Shown here: piece after piece, positions 20,069 through 28,976 of the stretch
Numbering within the stretch: position 1 is the stretch's first letter
How the letters are laid out: each line of letters starts with the position of its first letter
IMG/VR virus record: IMGVR_UViG_3300024264_000051
Coordinates: 1-50,833 of that record
Direction: 5' to 3' (one strand)
Length of the DNA: 50,833 nt
Source of the DNA: a virus
Lineage: Duplodnaviria; Caudoviricetes
Position numbers and translations under genes: made by a program
The notes under the pieces: generated by a model
Seen by the model: only the letters and a program-made list of their open reading frames with translations
Told to the model about the DNA's origin: nothing
Database searches by the model: none

Positions 20069-21112
20069 ATGGCAGTTCTCGGTACGTTTGGCCGCATTGT
20101 AATTAAGCGTTCTGCCCCTCAACCTGAGGTAATGGACTTTAGCGCAATAAATAAAGCGCAAAGAATGTACACATTGACTCAAGCAGGGTATAGAAACGGC
20201 GATCTTGTAGAGATTGCATCAACAACTAACTGGCCAAACGCATCACCATCAGATGTTGGGTTGGTTCCTGCTTATGTTGCGGACATCCCTTATGAATGGC
20301 GCAACAACTTGGAAATGGTTGATTACACCGAGCCATACCCAGCGGCGCTGGGGAGCACTCCATATAAAAATCAACTTTATATTAGCGTTGATCAACTTAA
20401 CAACGTTGCATTTTATCGCAACCGAAATTCAGCGTTGCGAAATATAAAGACAGACCGCGAAAGTCTCGACGCAATTCAGCCCAGCGACACGCTTGAATTT
20501 CGCCTTGTGAATGATTGGCGGGTTGAATGTGGCCTTGAAAGTTGGAACCTAAGCTTTGACGCGCAAGTGCTGGATACCACTGGTCTCGGAGATAAATTCT
20601 TTGATGGCGTCAAGTCAACCATTAAGGGCGGCGGAACATTTGATTTCATAGTTGAACGTGAAACAATCGACCCGGAAAACAGCACTATTATCAGTCTTCC
20701 TAATTATCAGAATGCCGTTCTTTGGACAGGTTCAACCGATGTAACGACGCTGGTTGACGCAAGCATCACAGACAACCCTAGTTCTACCGGCAATTACAGC
20801 AACGCAAGTGTTACAGGAGTGGAGCCAGCGCCTAGGCAATATGCGTTGATGGCACGATCAGGCACAAGCAACTTGATGAGGCTTTTGCTTGCAACTCAAG
20901 ATCAGGCAGAGGCGGATGCAGAGTTTTGGATGATCTCTGAGGAAGCAACGCGATTAAGCGGGGCAAGTGGTGTGAAAGAGCCTGGTGATTTGTTTTACCG
21001 AGCAAAAATCATCATCACATCAAATGTGATTAGTACGGCTGTCGCTGACATTATCACGGGATCGGCTGCATTCGTGACCGTGCGTGAGATTGAGTTACTC
21101 GAAGGACTGTGA
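20069..21112 (+). CDS. Tail structural protein (tube-like fold suspected)
   Basis: AGGAG RBS. 'SWNLSFD...LDTTGLGD.F...KS.I.GGGTFDF' resembles tail-tube-like domains. Confidence 0.55.
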   Translation: MAVLGTFGRIVIKRSAPQPEVMDFSAINKAQRMYTLTQAGYRNGDLVEIASTTNWPNASPSDVGLVPAYVADIPYEWRNNLEMVDYTEPYPAALGSTPYKNQLYISVDQLNNVAFYRNRNSALRNIKTDRESLDAIQPSDTLEFRLVNDWRVECGLESWNLSFDAQVLDTTGLGDKFFDGVKSTIKGGGTFDFIVERETIDPENSTIISLPNYQNAVLWTGSTDVTTLVDASITDNPSSTGNYSNASVTGVEPAPRQYALMARSGTSNLMRLLLATQDQAEADAEFWMISEEATRLSGASGVKEPGDLFYRAKIIITSNVISTAVADIITGSAAFVTVREIELLEGL

Positions 21113-21158
21113 CGCTTATGATAAAGGCATTAAACGGCAGCGACTGGAGTAAAGACCG

Positions 21159-23561
21159 ATGACCGACATTATTATCCATAAGCACTCGATCACCGCGAAC
21201 GACGTACCAACGGCCTCTGAGGTTGGCCTCGGTGAGCTGGCGATTCAAGCGGCTGACGGCCACATCTATCTAAAGAGGACTGATGGTGCTGTCATCCGTG
21301 TGACGATGCTCCCTGGTGGTGGAGATCAGCAGGTTCTGTATAAGACAGGTTCCGGCGACTACGCGCTTGGCTGGGGCACGATTAGCAGCACGCTGATGGG
21401 CGGAACCTTGTGGAACGAGGTGGTCGCGGAGGTGCAACGTGTGTTTGAGCTGGTTGAAGGCACTGCATCAGTGCTGCTGTCTGCACCGGCAACTCTTACT
21501 GCTGGTAGCACCGGCCCGATCACCGTCAGCGTCGCTGACGCCAACTACCTGGCAGACGGCACCAGTATTACTGGCGTACTTGGTACCGTTTATGGGACGT
21601 TAAGCCGTAGCGGCACCACATATTCATTTGTATCGAATCAAAGTTATACAAGTAATGTTACTTTTGCGACTGGAACACGATTTGCAGCTGCATTCCTGAA
21701 TGATACTTTCAATCCGCTTCGGATCGGAAGTGCTCAGGTTGAAGACGATAACAGCTACGCGGAAAGCGGCTACGTCTATGCGATGCTCGACGCTGCAGGC
21801 CGCTTGGCCTGGGGCGTGAAGGCGGATGGCTCGCTTGAGATCAACAGGGTTGGCCTGGACAGCGCGGACACGAAGCTGCTCAACATTCTGCAGGGCGGGG
21901 CAAACAGCGGAGAACCCGTTTACGCGGATCGCTATGCCCATGTCGTAGTAGACGAGAACGACCGACTGGCTTATGGCGTGCGCAAAGATGGGAGCGTTGA
22001 GTTTGGTAAAACGATTAAAGGCAGCGTTGCATTTACTGAAGCGATTGAAACTGTCACCGAAGAACATATTTCCGGCGGCGACTTTGGTTATCTCTCTGTC
22101 CAACTCGATACTCAAGACAGGATCAGCGAAGCCACGTTGCCAAGCGGCAGCAAGTTCTTTCCAAAGTGCGAAATTGACCAAGCAACAATTAAGACGCTCA
22201 ACGTTGAAACCATCAACAATCAGCAGCAAATCGAACCCCTGACTGTTGATGACGCCGCGTCGGTCATCGTTGAGTGGGGCGACTCGATGACCGAAGACAT
22301 GCCTGCTGACATCTTGCAGGCCAAGCTAGAGGCACTGTCTGGGCGGCCCAGAATTGTGCTAAATAGAGGAGCCGGTGGGCAAAAACGTGACCAGGTAATG
22401 GGGCGGCAAGGCACCAAAGACGTTGCGGTAGCTATTTTTGGAGGCACAATTCCGGCATCGACCTCGATCGATGCCTCTGTTTCGGTGAGTCAAGGCTCTA
22501 CAGGGCCGATTTCTTTAACTCTTGCCGATGCTAACTATTTGGCATTAGGCACAAGTCAGTATGCTGCACTCGCTGACTACAGAGGAGAACTGAGTAGAAG
22601 CGCACAAGGAAGCTATTCGTTTATTTTCAAGAATCCAGCCAGCCAAACGACATTGTTTCAAGCTGGTACCGGCCTTGCGCTTGCTGTAGAAGCGACAGCT
22701 TCGCCTGATGTTATTTCTCACATCAATTATGACATCTTTTGTCACCTTGCGGGAGTGGAAGGTGTTCTAGATCAAACAGTTTCGGCTAACAAAATTTTTC
22801 TGCGGCTTGAGCATGGTCCGGCTGTTGCTGTTGCAAATGGAACTATTGCCGTTGTTAATCCGTCTAAAACAGTTAAAGGTTCAAAAATGTTTTTGAACAA
22901 CGGCACTACCATCATCCTTCCCAGTATTAACTCCAGCTACGCAGAAAGTGTTACAGAAGATAGCGCTGGCAACATTGTTGGGACGCCGGAGCTTGACGAC
23001 ACCTTGAAAATGATTGCAAAGGTTCGCAATCCTTTTGACAGATGCTTGATTCTTTCAATCAGGAACGGGCGTCAAGCGGCTAAGCCTAGCTCTTTGTATG
23101 ATCAAGACCAAACAAGGATTCGCATTCTAAGGGAAGCGTTTGGAAATCGTTTTTATGATTTGCGCTTCGAAGTAATCAAAGAAGCAAAGCAGTGGTTCCA
23201 GACTAACTACCCCACTCAATACGCGCAAACATGGTTTAAGACCTACATCGACATCGGTTCCGGTACGTCATTCCCGGCTTCACCGCGTGATGGCGACATT
23301 TTCACTCGCACCGACGAAGGGCAGCGGTACATCTACGACGCAACCGCTATTTCACCAGAATGGCTTCCCACAACGGAGAACGCAAAAGCTAGCGTGAACC
23401 AGACTGACTTCACAGGAGGAATCAACGGATCAGATTGGGACGTTCAAACAGGTGACACAGTGCCCAGGGCTTTGCGGCGTGACGACATTCACGCCAACAG
23501 CTACGGCAAGGAGCTGATCTGCGAGCTGCTCGCCGCTAAACTTCATTCATTGGGTTGGTAA
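21159..23561 (+). CDS. Tail fibre/spike with SGNH (GDSL) hydrolase-like domain
   Basis: N-terminal 'VPTASEVGLGELAIQAADG' fibre-anchor motif. SGNH blocks WGDSMT, NRGAGGQ and DDIHAN. Confidence 0.7.
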   Translation: MTDIIIHKHSITANDVPTASEVGLGELAIQAADGHIYLKRTDGAVIRVTMLPGGGDQQVLYKTGSGDYALGWGTISSTLMGGTLWNEVVAEVQRVFELVEGTASVLLSAPATLTAGSTGPITVSVADANYLADGTSITGVLGTVYGTLSRSGTTYSFVSNQSYTSNVTFATGTRFAAAFLNDTFNPLRIGSAQVEDDNSYAESGYVYAMLDAAGRLAWGVKADGSLEINRVGLDSADTKLLNILQGGANSGEPVYADRYAHVVVDENDRLAYGVRKDGSVEFGKTIKGSVAFTEAIETVTEEHISGGDFGYLSVQLDTQDRISEATLPSGSKFFPKCEIDQATIKTLNVETINNQQQIEPLTVDDAASVIVEWGDSMTEDMPADILQAKLEALSGRPRIVLNRGAGGQKRDQVMGRQGTKDVAVAIFGGTIPASTSIDASVSVSQGSTGPISLTLADANYLALGTSQYAALADYRGELSRSAQGSYSFIFKNPASQTTLFQAGTGLALAVEATASPDVISHINYDIFCHLAGVEGVLDQTVSANKIFLRLEHGPAVAVANGTIAVVNPSKTVKGSKMFLNNGTTIILPSINSSYAESVTEDSAGNIVGTPELDDTLKMIAKVRNPFDRCLILSIRNGRQAAKPSSLYDQDQTRIRILREAFGNRFYDLRFEVIKEAKQWFQTNYPTQYAQTWFKTYIDIGSGTSFPASPRDGDIFTRTDEGQRYIYDATAISPEWLPTTENAKASVNQTDFTGGINGSDWDVQTGDTVPRALRRDDIHANSYGKELICELLAAKLHSLGW

Positions 23562-23563
23562 CC

Positions 23564-24370
23564 ATGACACTCGTCACTCGGCTGGCTTCAGCCTTCACGG
23601 ATATAACGCTTCCCGCGCTGCGCAAAGATATTGTGCTGCCTACGACGGCAACTACAGGTGCCGGTGACCGCATACTTTATGATTTTAAGAATGTCGGAAC
23701 ATGGCCATCACAAGTAGCGGCAATTAACGTAGGTGATGAGCTATTCAACCTAGGCGACACTGCAGTCGTTGATAAAGTTTCAGCAACTTTTGCCGCATCG
23801 TACGATCCTGCAGCTGGTGCTGTAACAACAGCAAGCTTTCCTTTAGCCAACACTGGAATTGAGCTAGAAAATGCTCACGATGATATATTTAACGATACCA
23901 CGCATAATTTCTTGTTCATTGCTTGGATTAAGCCAAATAACAGCGCGTACCGCAAGCACACACAAAAAGGCTCAGGAGATTCTACCTCTACCACCAAAAC
24001 CATAGATCTCTGGACATTTAATGGTTTTCCTCGAATTCAGTTGGCAGGATCTGACAACAGATTTTCAACTGGTAACGATTTCTTTTTCGCTAGCCGTACC
24101 GACACTATTACCCAAGTTGCGGCTGCAATCGTGAAAGAATCTGGATCGTGGGTCGGCTATCGCTATCAAGACGGCAGCCCCTACGGCTCCTCTCTTGCCT
24201 TGAGCGCCGGAACTAGCGCTAGCGCAATTTTCCCGCTCGCTAATCACAATATGGAAATTGTCAATGGCCCGACTTATAGAGTTTATGTGGAAGACTTGAC
24301 TGTCTCAAATCGCTCTCACTCTGCTGTAGTCGCCACCGACTACGCACGAGGCAACGGTCGATTTAGCTGA
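23564..24370 (+). CDS. Putative receptor-binding/lectin (LamG/ConA-like) protein
   Basis: Beta-rich, 'FLFIAWIK', 'YQDGS', directly after the fibre gene. Confidence 0.55.
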   Translation: MTLVTRLASAFTDITLPALRKDIVLPTTATTGAGDRILYDFKNVGTWPSQVAAINVGDELFNLGDTAVVDKVSATFAASYDPAAGAVTTASFPLANTGIELENAHDDIFNDTTHNFLFIAWIKPNNSAYRKHTQKGSGDSTSTTKTIDLWTFNGFPRIQLAGSDNRFSTGNDFFFASRTDTITQVAAAIVKESGSWVGYRYQDGSPYGSSLALSAGTSASAIFPLANHNMEIVNGPTYRVYVEDLTVSNRSHSAVVATDYARGNGRFS

Positions 24371-24738
24371 TGCACCCACGCCAGCAGCTACGCCACGCGA
24401 TCCGTGACCATCTGGCGGCGACGCTGCCTGATGGTGGTCACTGGACGCCAGCGGAGGATCGTGTTTATACCCAGCGCACAATCGATCTGGAGCCCGACGA
24501 GCTGCCGCTGATCCTGGTCACCGCCCGCGAGGAGGATGTGGAGCCGGTCAACACCAGTGATTGGGATGGCGGCGACCGTCGCACGTTGCCGATTCAAATC
24601 GAGTGCCTGGCTGTGGCCTTGGACGATGTAGACGACCGCCTTGACGCGCTGTGCATGGGCGTAGAGCAGGCGATGGGCGGGATCAAACAGGAGCCTTTGC
24701 AAATTTCCGCACAAGCGGTTCGAGCAACAACTATGTAA
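24370..24738 (+). pseudogene. Truncated second tail-terminator-like (gpU-like) gene of foreign origin
   Basis: 'MHPRQQLRHAI...RVY..R...ELPLILV...LDALCMGVEQAM' terminator-like pattern. Visibly GC-richer DNA, and the similarity breaks off near 24690. Confidence 0.6.
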
Positions 24739-25133
24739 CAAACGCACAAACAGTCCTCGCCAGCCCGTCAACCGCAACAATTTATCGTATTGGCTACAGC
24801 TGGTATTGGGATGCTTCAGCGTCCTTGTGGCGGGAAAAATGGTTGATTGATGATGGAACAGTCGGTACAAAAACCATTGCAGAATGGAGTCAGCAGGACC
24901 ACGGCATTGACCTTGGCCAAGGTGCAGCCACCAACGGCTCAGCCTTGGGTCTGCGCACACCGTGGGCAGTGATGGGTTTCGGCGGCGATCCATTTAGCTC
25001 ATCTGAAATTGGATGGTGGGGCAGCGATCATAAGCTTTATCGCATCTATATCGAAGACAACACTCGTTCTGGTCGCACTCCTGAGCAAGTGTGGGCCGCC
25101 GATTGGGCACGCGGCAACGGTCGATTCAGCTGA
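24680..25133 (+). pseudogene. C-terminal remnant of a paralogue of 23564-24370
   Basis: Ends LYRIYIEDNTRSGRTPEQVWAADWARGNGRFS versus TYRVYVEDLTVSNRSHSAVVATDYARGNGRFS. Lacks a matching N-terminus. Confidence 0.6.
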
Positions 25134-25137
25134 CGGA

Positions 25138-25266
25138 ATGGATAGTCGCACGCTTAAAAGCTGGGAGGCCATCAAAAAGGCCCTTGAGGAGGCTGGCAAG
25201 ACCGACTGCATGTTTTATCGCCGTGCAGTCACGATTTTGTCTGGCAGGCCGGATCCGCTAAAGTAA
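25138..25266 (+). CDS. Small conserved cyanophage-type hypothetical protein
   Basis: MDSRTLKSWEAIKKALEEAGKTDCMFYRRAV...PDPL, a pattern recalled from cyanophage hypotheticals. Confidence 0.65.
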   Translation: MDSRTLKSWEAIKKALEEAGKTDCMFYRRAVTILSGRPDPLK

Positions 25267-25288
25267 CGAAGAAGGAAGCGCGTCAGCC

Positions 25289-25567
25289 GTGGTTGAGATC
25301 TTTGCCCCGCTGGCGGCAGCGTTTTTAGCGATTTTTGGGGATCGGGCTCTAAGCCGCCAAAACCGGAGGCAAGACAGCGCTCAACGGTCTCGTGATGAGT
25401 TACGCGAAACGATGATCGCGCTTGCCAAACTCACTGGGGCGGTGGAGCAAATTGGCAGCGCGTTGCAAGAGCTTCATTTAGACATGAAAGCCGATCGATC
25501 TGCTATCTACAAACTGCTGAATGAACAAGGCAACCGCATTACAGCCCTAGAAGCCAAAGAGGGTTAA
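25289..25567 (+). CDS. Membrane-anchored coiled-coil protein (lysis-cassette accessory)
   Basis: N-terminal hydrophobic helix plus coiled coil ending 'RITALE'. Confidence 0.6.
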   Translation: MVEIFAPLAAAFLAIFGDRALSRQNRRQDSAQRSRDELRETMIALAKLTGAVEQIGSALQELHLDMKADRSAIYKLLNEQGNRITALEAKEG

Positions 25568-25594
25568 ACTAAGACCAGAATAGAACTTGGTTTA

Positions 25595-25744
25595 ATGAAC
25601 GTTGAAGAGATCTTGTCGCATCCTGCTTTCTGGATCGTAGTCGCAGCAGCTTCTGAGCTGATCGGCATGAGTAAGCTCAAGGATAACTCAGTGGTGCAAC
25701 TTCTGTTCAGCGTTCTGCGTTCTTTGAAAGCAAAAAAGGACTGA
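25595..25744 (+). CDS. Small holin-like membrane protein (49 aa, not in ORF track)
   Basis: Hand translation: MNVEEILSHPAFWIVVAAASELIGMSKLKDNSVVQLLFSVLRSLKAKKD*. Two hydrophobic stretches, upstream of the endolysin. Confidence 0.7.
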   Translation: MNVEEILSHPAFWIVVAAASELIGMSKLKDNSVVQLLFSVLRSLKAKKD

Positions 25745-25959
25745 TCCCCGCAGATGGGAGGTGGTTGTTTGGATTCTCAACGCGATCACCTCTTGAAGGG
25801 TTAAAGCGCGAAACTCAACGTCGCAAGTTCGAGGTGACGCTTAAACCTCGGATCGATGCTGAAGTCGAACGCTGGCATGAATCACAGCCGCCAGTGATGC
25901 CACCACACAAGGTCGACGACCTACACATAGAATCACCTTGGAGCAATGACCAACAGTAA
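25732..25959 (+). CDS. -1-frame extension of the holin-like protein (or separate small ORF)
   Basis: A_AAA_AAG at 25732-25738. The -1 frame reads GLIPADGRWLFGFSTRSP...NDQQ* and includes track ORF 25765-25959. Confidence 0.6.
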   Translation, partial: KKGLIPADGRWLFGFSTRSPLEGLKRETQRRKFEVTLKPRIDAEVERWHESQPPVMPPHKVDDLHIESPWSNDQQ

Positions 25960-27016
25960 GGCAATCTCACTCGAACAGCTTTTCAGGTATTACAAAGGGC
26001 TACCGCATCAGGCTGCAGCAATTCAAGAGCTAGAGGCGGATCTAAGCAAAAATGGCTATGAAATCGCGATGCGTCGTAATCGGGGATGGTTTGCGACATG
26101 GAGCCAATCAGGCAAACAGCGCAACTATCAGGCCGCGATTGCGCTGGTGAAGTCTTTTGAAGGCTTCCATCACGATGCGTACTTATGCCCCGCTGAGGTG
26201 TGGTCAATTGGGTGGGGGAATACGACAAAGGCTGATGGCTCACCTGTCGTTCCTGGTGATCGGATCAGCCAGGAGGATGGGGATGTGCTTTTGCAAAAAA
26301 CGATCAATGATATTGCCGTGAAGTTGGCCGGATCTATTCCCTACTGGTCAGCAATGAAGGAGCATCAGCAATCGGCGCTGATCTCGTTTGGATACAACCT
26401 GGGGAGCTATTTCTACGGGCAACCAGGATTTGAAACGATCAGCCGTTGCTTGCGCGAGCGGACTTATAAAAGCGTCCCTGGCGCGCTGCTGCTCTACTGC
26501 AATCCGGGCACTACGTTTGAAGCTGGCCTTAGGCGTCGAAGGCAAGCCGAGGGCCAGTTATGGGCTGGTGAACAAGCTGCAGCGCCAGAACCTGCAATGA
26601 TCCGGCCTGAGTCACCGTTCAGCACCCGTCTAACGCCACATATCACGCTCGGTGAATTTGCGCTTGGTCAAGAGGCGAGACGCTTTCAGCATCAGTATCA
26701 AGTAGACATGGCAGCCGAGCTGGCGGCGTTTTTGGAGCGTGTCCGCGTCAAGTTTGGCGGCTGGCCGATCATGATCACGTCTGGCTACAGGCCACCAGCC
26801 ATAAACAGATCGGTTGGCGGTGCTAGCGGGTCAGAGCACCTGTACTCGGCACCGGGAGTGGGTGCTGTGGATTTTTGTGTGCAAGGCGCTGATATTTATG
26901 CGGTACAAGAATGGTGTGACCAAAACTGGCCGCATAGTTTAGGATATGGGGCCAATAAAGGATTCGTGCATCTCGGTATGCGAGAAGGCGGTCCAAGAAT
27001 ACGCTGGGACTACTAG
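25946..27016 (+). CDS. Endolysin: GH24 lysozyme plus peptidase M15A domain
   Basis: 'VKSFEG...AYLCPAEVWSIGWGNT', 'ALISFGYNLG' and 'GLRRRRQAE' (GH24). 'ITSGYRP..N..VGGA..SEH...AVDF...FVHLG' (M15A). Confidence 0.9.
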   Translation: MTNSKAISLEQLFRYYKGLPHQAAAIQELEADLSKNGYEIAMRRNRGWFATWSQSGKQRNYQAAIALVKSFEGFHHDAYLCPAEVWSIGWGNTTKADGSPVVPGDRISQEDGDVLLQKTINDIAVKLAGSIPYWSAMKEHQQSALISFGYNLGSYFYGQPGFETISRCLRERTYKSVPGALLLYCNPGTTFEAGLRRRRQAEGQLWAGEQAAAPEPAMIRPESPFSTRLTPHITLGEFALGQEARRFQHQYQVDMAAELAAFLERVRVKFGGWPIMITSGYRPPAINRSVGGASGSEHLYSAPGVGAVDFCVQGADIYAVQEWCDQNWPHSLGYGANKGFVHLGMREGGPRIRWDY

Positions 27017-27018
27017 AA

Positions 27019-27537
27019 ATGACTGTGCTTTGCGACTGGGAAATAAAAAGCCTCTGCTCCGGCGGAGCAATGGAAGACTGGTCTGAAGATCTAATCAACC
27101 CGGCCTCGCTTGACGTAAGACTGGGCAGTGGGCTGATGATTGAAGTCGCTGGGCAAAAAGACCTGCTCCATGTTGACATCTCGAACAGAACTGAAAAAAA
27201 CCCTTATCGATTAACCCCCGGAGAGTTCTGTCTTGCTGAGACGCATGAAACGTTTAAAAAAATACCTGATCACATTTGTGCTCAGTTTGCATTGAAGTCA
27301 AGTAGGGCTAGGGAGGGATATACCCACGCGCTGAGCGGGTGGATCGATCCAGGGTACTGCAACAGCAAACTAACTCTTGAGCTTACAAACGTAAGGCGTC
27401 ATTGCGACCTTCCGCTATACCCTGGCCTAAAAATAGGGCAGATAATCTTTATGAGGATGAGCGAAGTCCCTATGAACAGTTACTCGAAGACGGGTCGCTA
27501 TAACGGCGATTCGACGGTTCAAGGCAGCAAAGGTTAA
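27019..27537 (+). CDS. dcd: dCTP deaminase
   Basis: 'NPASLDVRLG', 'KSSRAREG', 'IDPG', 'TLEL' and 'KIGQIIF' motifs. Confidence 0.92.
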   Translation: MTVLCDWEIKSLCSGGAMEDWSEDLINPASLDVRLGSGLMIEVAGQKDLLHVDISNRTEKNPYRLTPGEFCLAETHETFKKIPDHICAQFALKSSRAREGYTHALSGWIDPGYCNSKLTLELTNVRRHCDLPLYPGLKIGQIIFMRMSEVPMNSYSKTGRYNGDSTVQGSKG

Positions 27538-27647
27538 AGCAGCCCCCTTGGCTAGCATTAGCAAGCCTGATAACGGCATGAGTGACGGCTGATTTCAGGC
27601 AATGCAGGAGGAGCAGTCTGTGCCGAGAGTATTTGCCTACCTTGGAG

Positions 27648-28214
27648 ATGACGCATGGCAAAAGCGGCTGGGTCTGCGATCCGCAGAAATGCCCAAAGCG
27701 AGTGCCGGAAAATAGCACTTCTTATCAAGTCGAAAAACGCTACCTAACAACTGCGACAATTATGTTTCTGACCTCAGCAAAGGAAGATCAGGAACCTGAA
27801 GAGTTTAGTGAGATATTTGCATCACGATTAGAGGAGCTAACAGAGGAAATAGTAAGTTTTGAAATGGAAGTAGTGCCTTTAAGCGGCGGATTTATTGGCC
27901 ATGAAATAATAGGATCAGAGCTTGTACCAAAGAAAACAAGCAAGCACAGGTTCAGGCGTCAAATACTTGATGAATGGGACAATAGATGTGCTTACTGCGG
28001 CCAACCCGGAGACACCTTGGATCACATCCTTGCTAGATCGAAAGGTGGCAGTATGAGCGTTGTAAACAATCTTTTGTGTTGCTGTAGGTTTTGCAACGGA
28101 TCAAAAAGTGACAAGGCAGTATGGGAGTGGTTTAGGGCACAGCCTTTCTGGAGCCAAGAGCGTGAAGATCTCATCAATTATTGGATGGAGCATGGAACTT
28201 TGGATCAGCCATAG
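27648..28214 (+). CDS. HNH endonuclease with N-terminal extension
   Basis: CAYCG...TLDHI..SKGG....NL..CC..CN..K. Start uncertain (27582 or 27648). Confidence 0.85.
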   Translation: MTHGKSGWVCDPQKCPKRVPENSTSYQVEKRYLTTATIMFLTSAKEDQEPEEFSEIFASRLEELTEEIVSFEMEVVPLSGGFIGHEIIGSELVPKKTSKHRFRRQILDEWDNRCAYCGQPGDTLDHILARSKGGSMSVVNNLLCCCRFCNGSKSDKAVWEWFRAQPFWSQEREDLINYWMEHGTLDQP

Positions 28215-28452
28215 GAAGTATCATGTGATACAAATAAGTCTTTGCACGCCAAAAATCATCTGAATATCTGCAAATAGCTCCACCAGGACTGCAAGCCCTG
28301 TAGTAAACGCCTTGGGTGTCGTCATTCAATATTTCAATGTAAAAACCATTGCCGAAATCTATCGCCCAGCTAGGGATATCAGTCGTTGATCCAAAAGGCC
28401 GAGCATTGGCTGGCAAACCTTCCGCCACTTGATTTCCCCTCGGCAAAACCAA
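28174..28452 (-). CDS. Hypothetical protein
   Basis: Last gene of the leftward block, start uncertain. Confidence 0.5.
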   Translation of the reverse strand: MVLPRGNQVAEGLPANARPFGSTTDIPSWAIDFGNGFYIEILNDDTQGVYYRACSPGGAICRYSDDFWRAKTYLYHMILPMADPKFHAPSNN

Positions 28453-28687
28453 GACTGCATTCTGATTGTACTAACTTCCAATGCAGGCACTGCCAGCAAT
28501 ACGGCTTCGGACTAGCAACTGCACGCAAATCAGCATAAAGTTGTTCGCCCTGCAATATTGCGCTTTCGATATTAGTTGCGTTTAAAGCTATCTCAAAAGT
28601 GTCGGATTTAGTGGTAATGGTTGCAGTCCATTCTCCGCTTTTGTCGGAAATGTTTAATTTCCCAGAATGAGAGCGATGACTTGTCAT
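28379..28687 (-). CDS. Hypothetical protein with Cys-rich C-terminus
   Basis: CWQCLHW...C....C motif, coupled to the upstream ORF. Confidence 0.65.
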   Translation of the reverse strand: MTSHRSHSGKLNISDKSGEWTATITTKSDTFEIALNATNIESAILQGEQLYADLRAVASPKPYCWQCLHWKLVQSECSLGFAEGKSSGGRFASQCSAFWIND

Positions 28688-28857
28688 TTAAAACGATCAA
28701 GGGAAAAATCTTTAAGCTCTTGCGCTGACGCCCGTGCGTCTGACTCAGTTTGCTCTGGATTGCCCCAATAGACAACCTTCCCATCAAAATACCAAGGCTT
28801 GAAGTATGAATCCACCCCGTGTGCAGTTAGTTTTATGCCTGTTTCGTGAATGTTCAT
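28684..28857 (-). CDS. Hypothetical 57-aa protein (not in track)
   Basis: MNIHETGIKLTAHGVDSYFKPWYFDGKVVYWG..., with ATGA overlap to the next gene. Confidence 0.6.
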   Translation of the reverse strand: MNIHETGIKLTAHGVDSYFKPWYFDGKVVYWGNPEQTESDARASAQELKDFSLDRFK

Positions 28858-28976
28858 GTGTTGTGGTAGAATTTCGTTTCAAGCAAATTCGTAGGAATCA
28901 GCTTGTCCTGAGGTGTAGGGGGATCACCTGAACCAAGCCATGCAGGCGCGAGAGCCGGTGGCATCCCCCCCCTAAT

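Noticed and set aside
18288-21692. Duplicated 222-bp segment as a DGR template/variable repeat pair
   Set aside because: Differences are mostly synonymous and not adenine-specific, both copies are internal coding sequence, and no reverse transcriptase was seen.
21624-22229. 201-aa antisense ORF in the tail fibre (also 24388-24993 and many TMP antisense ORFs)
   Set aside because: Opposite well-supported genes and without motifs, as expected from codon bias.
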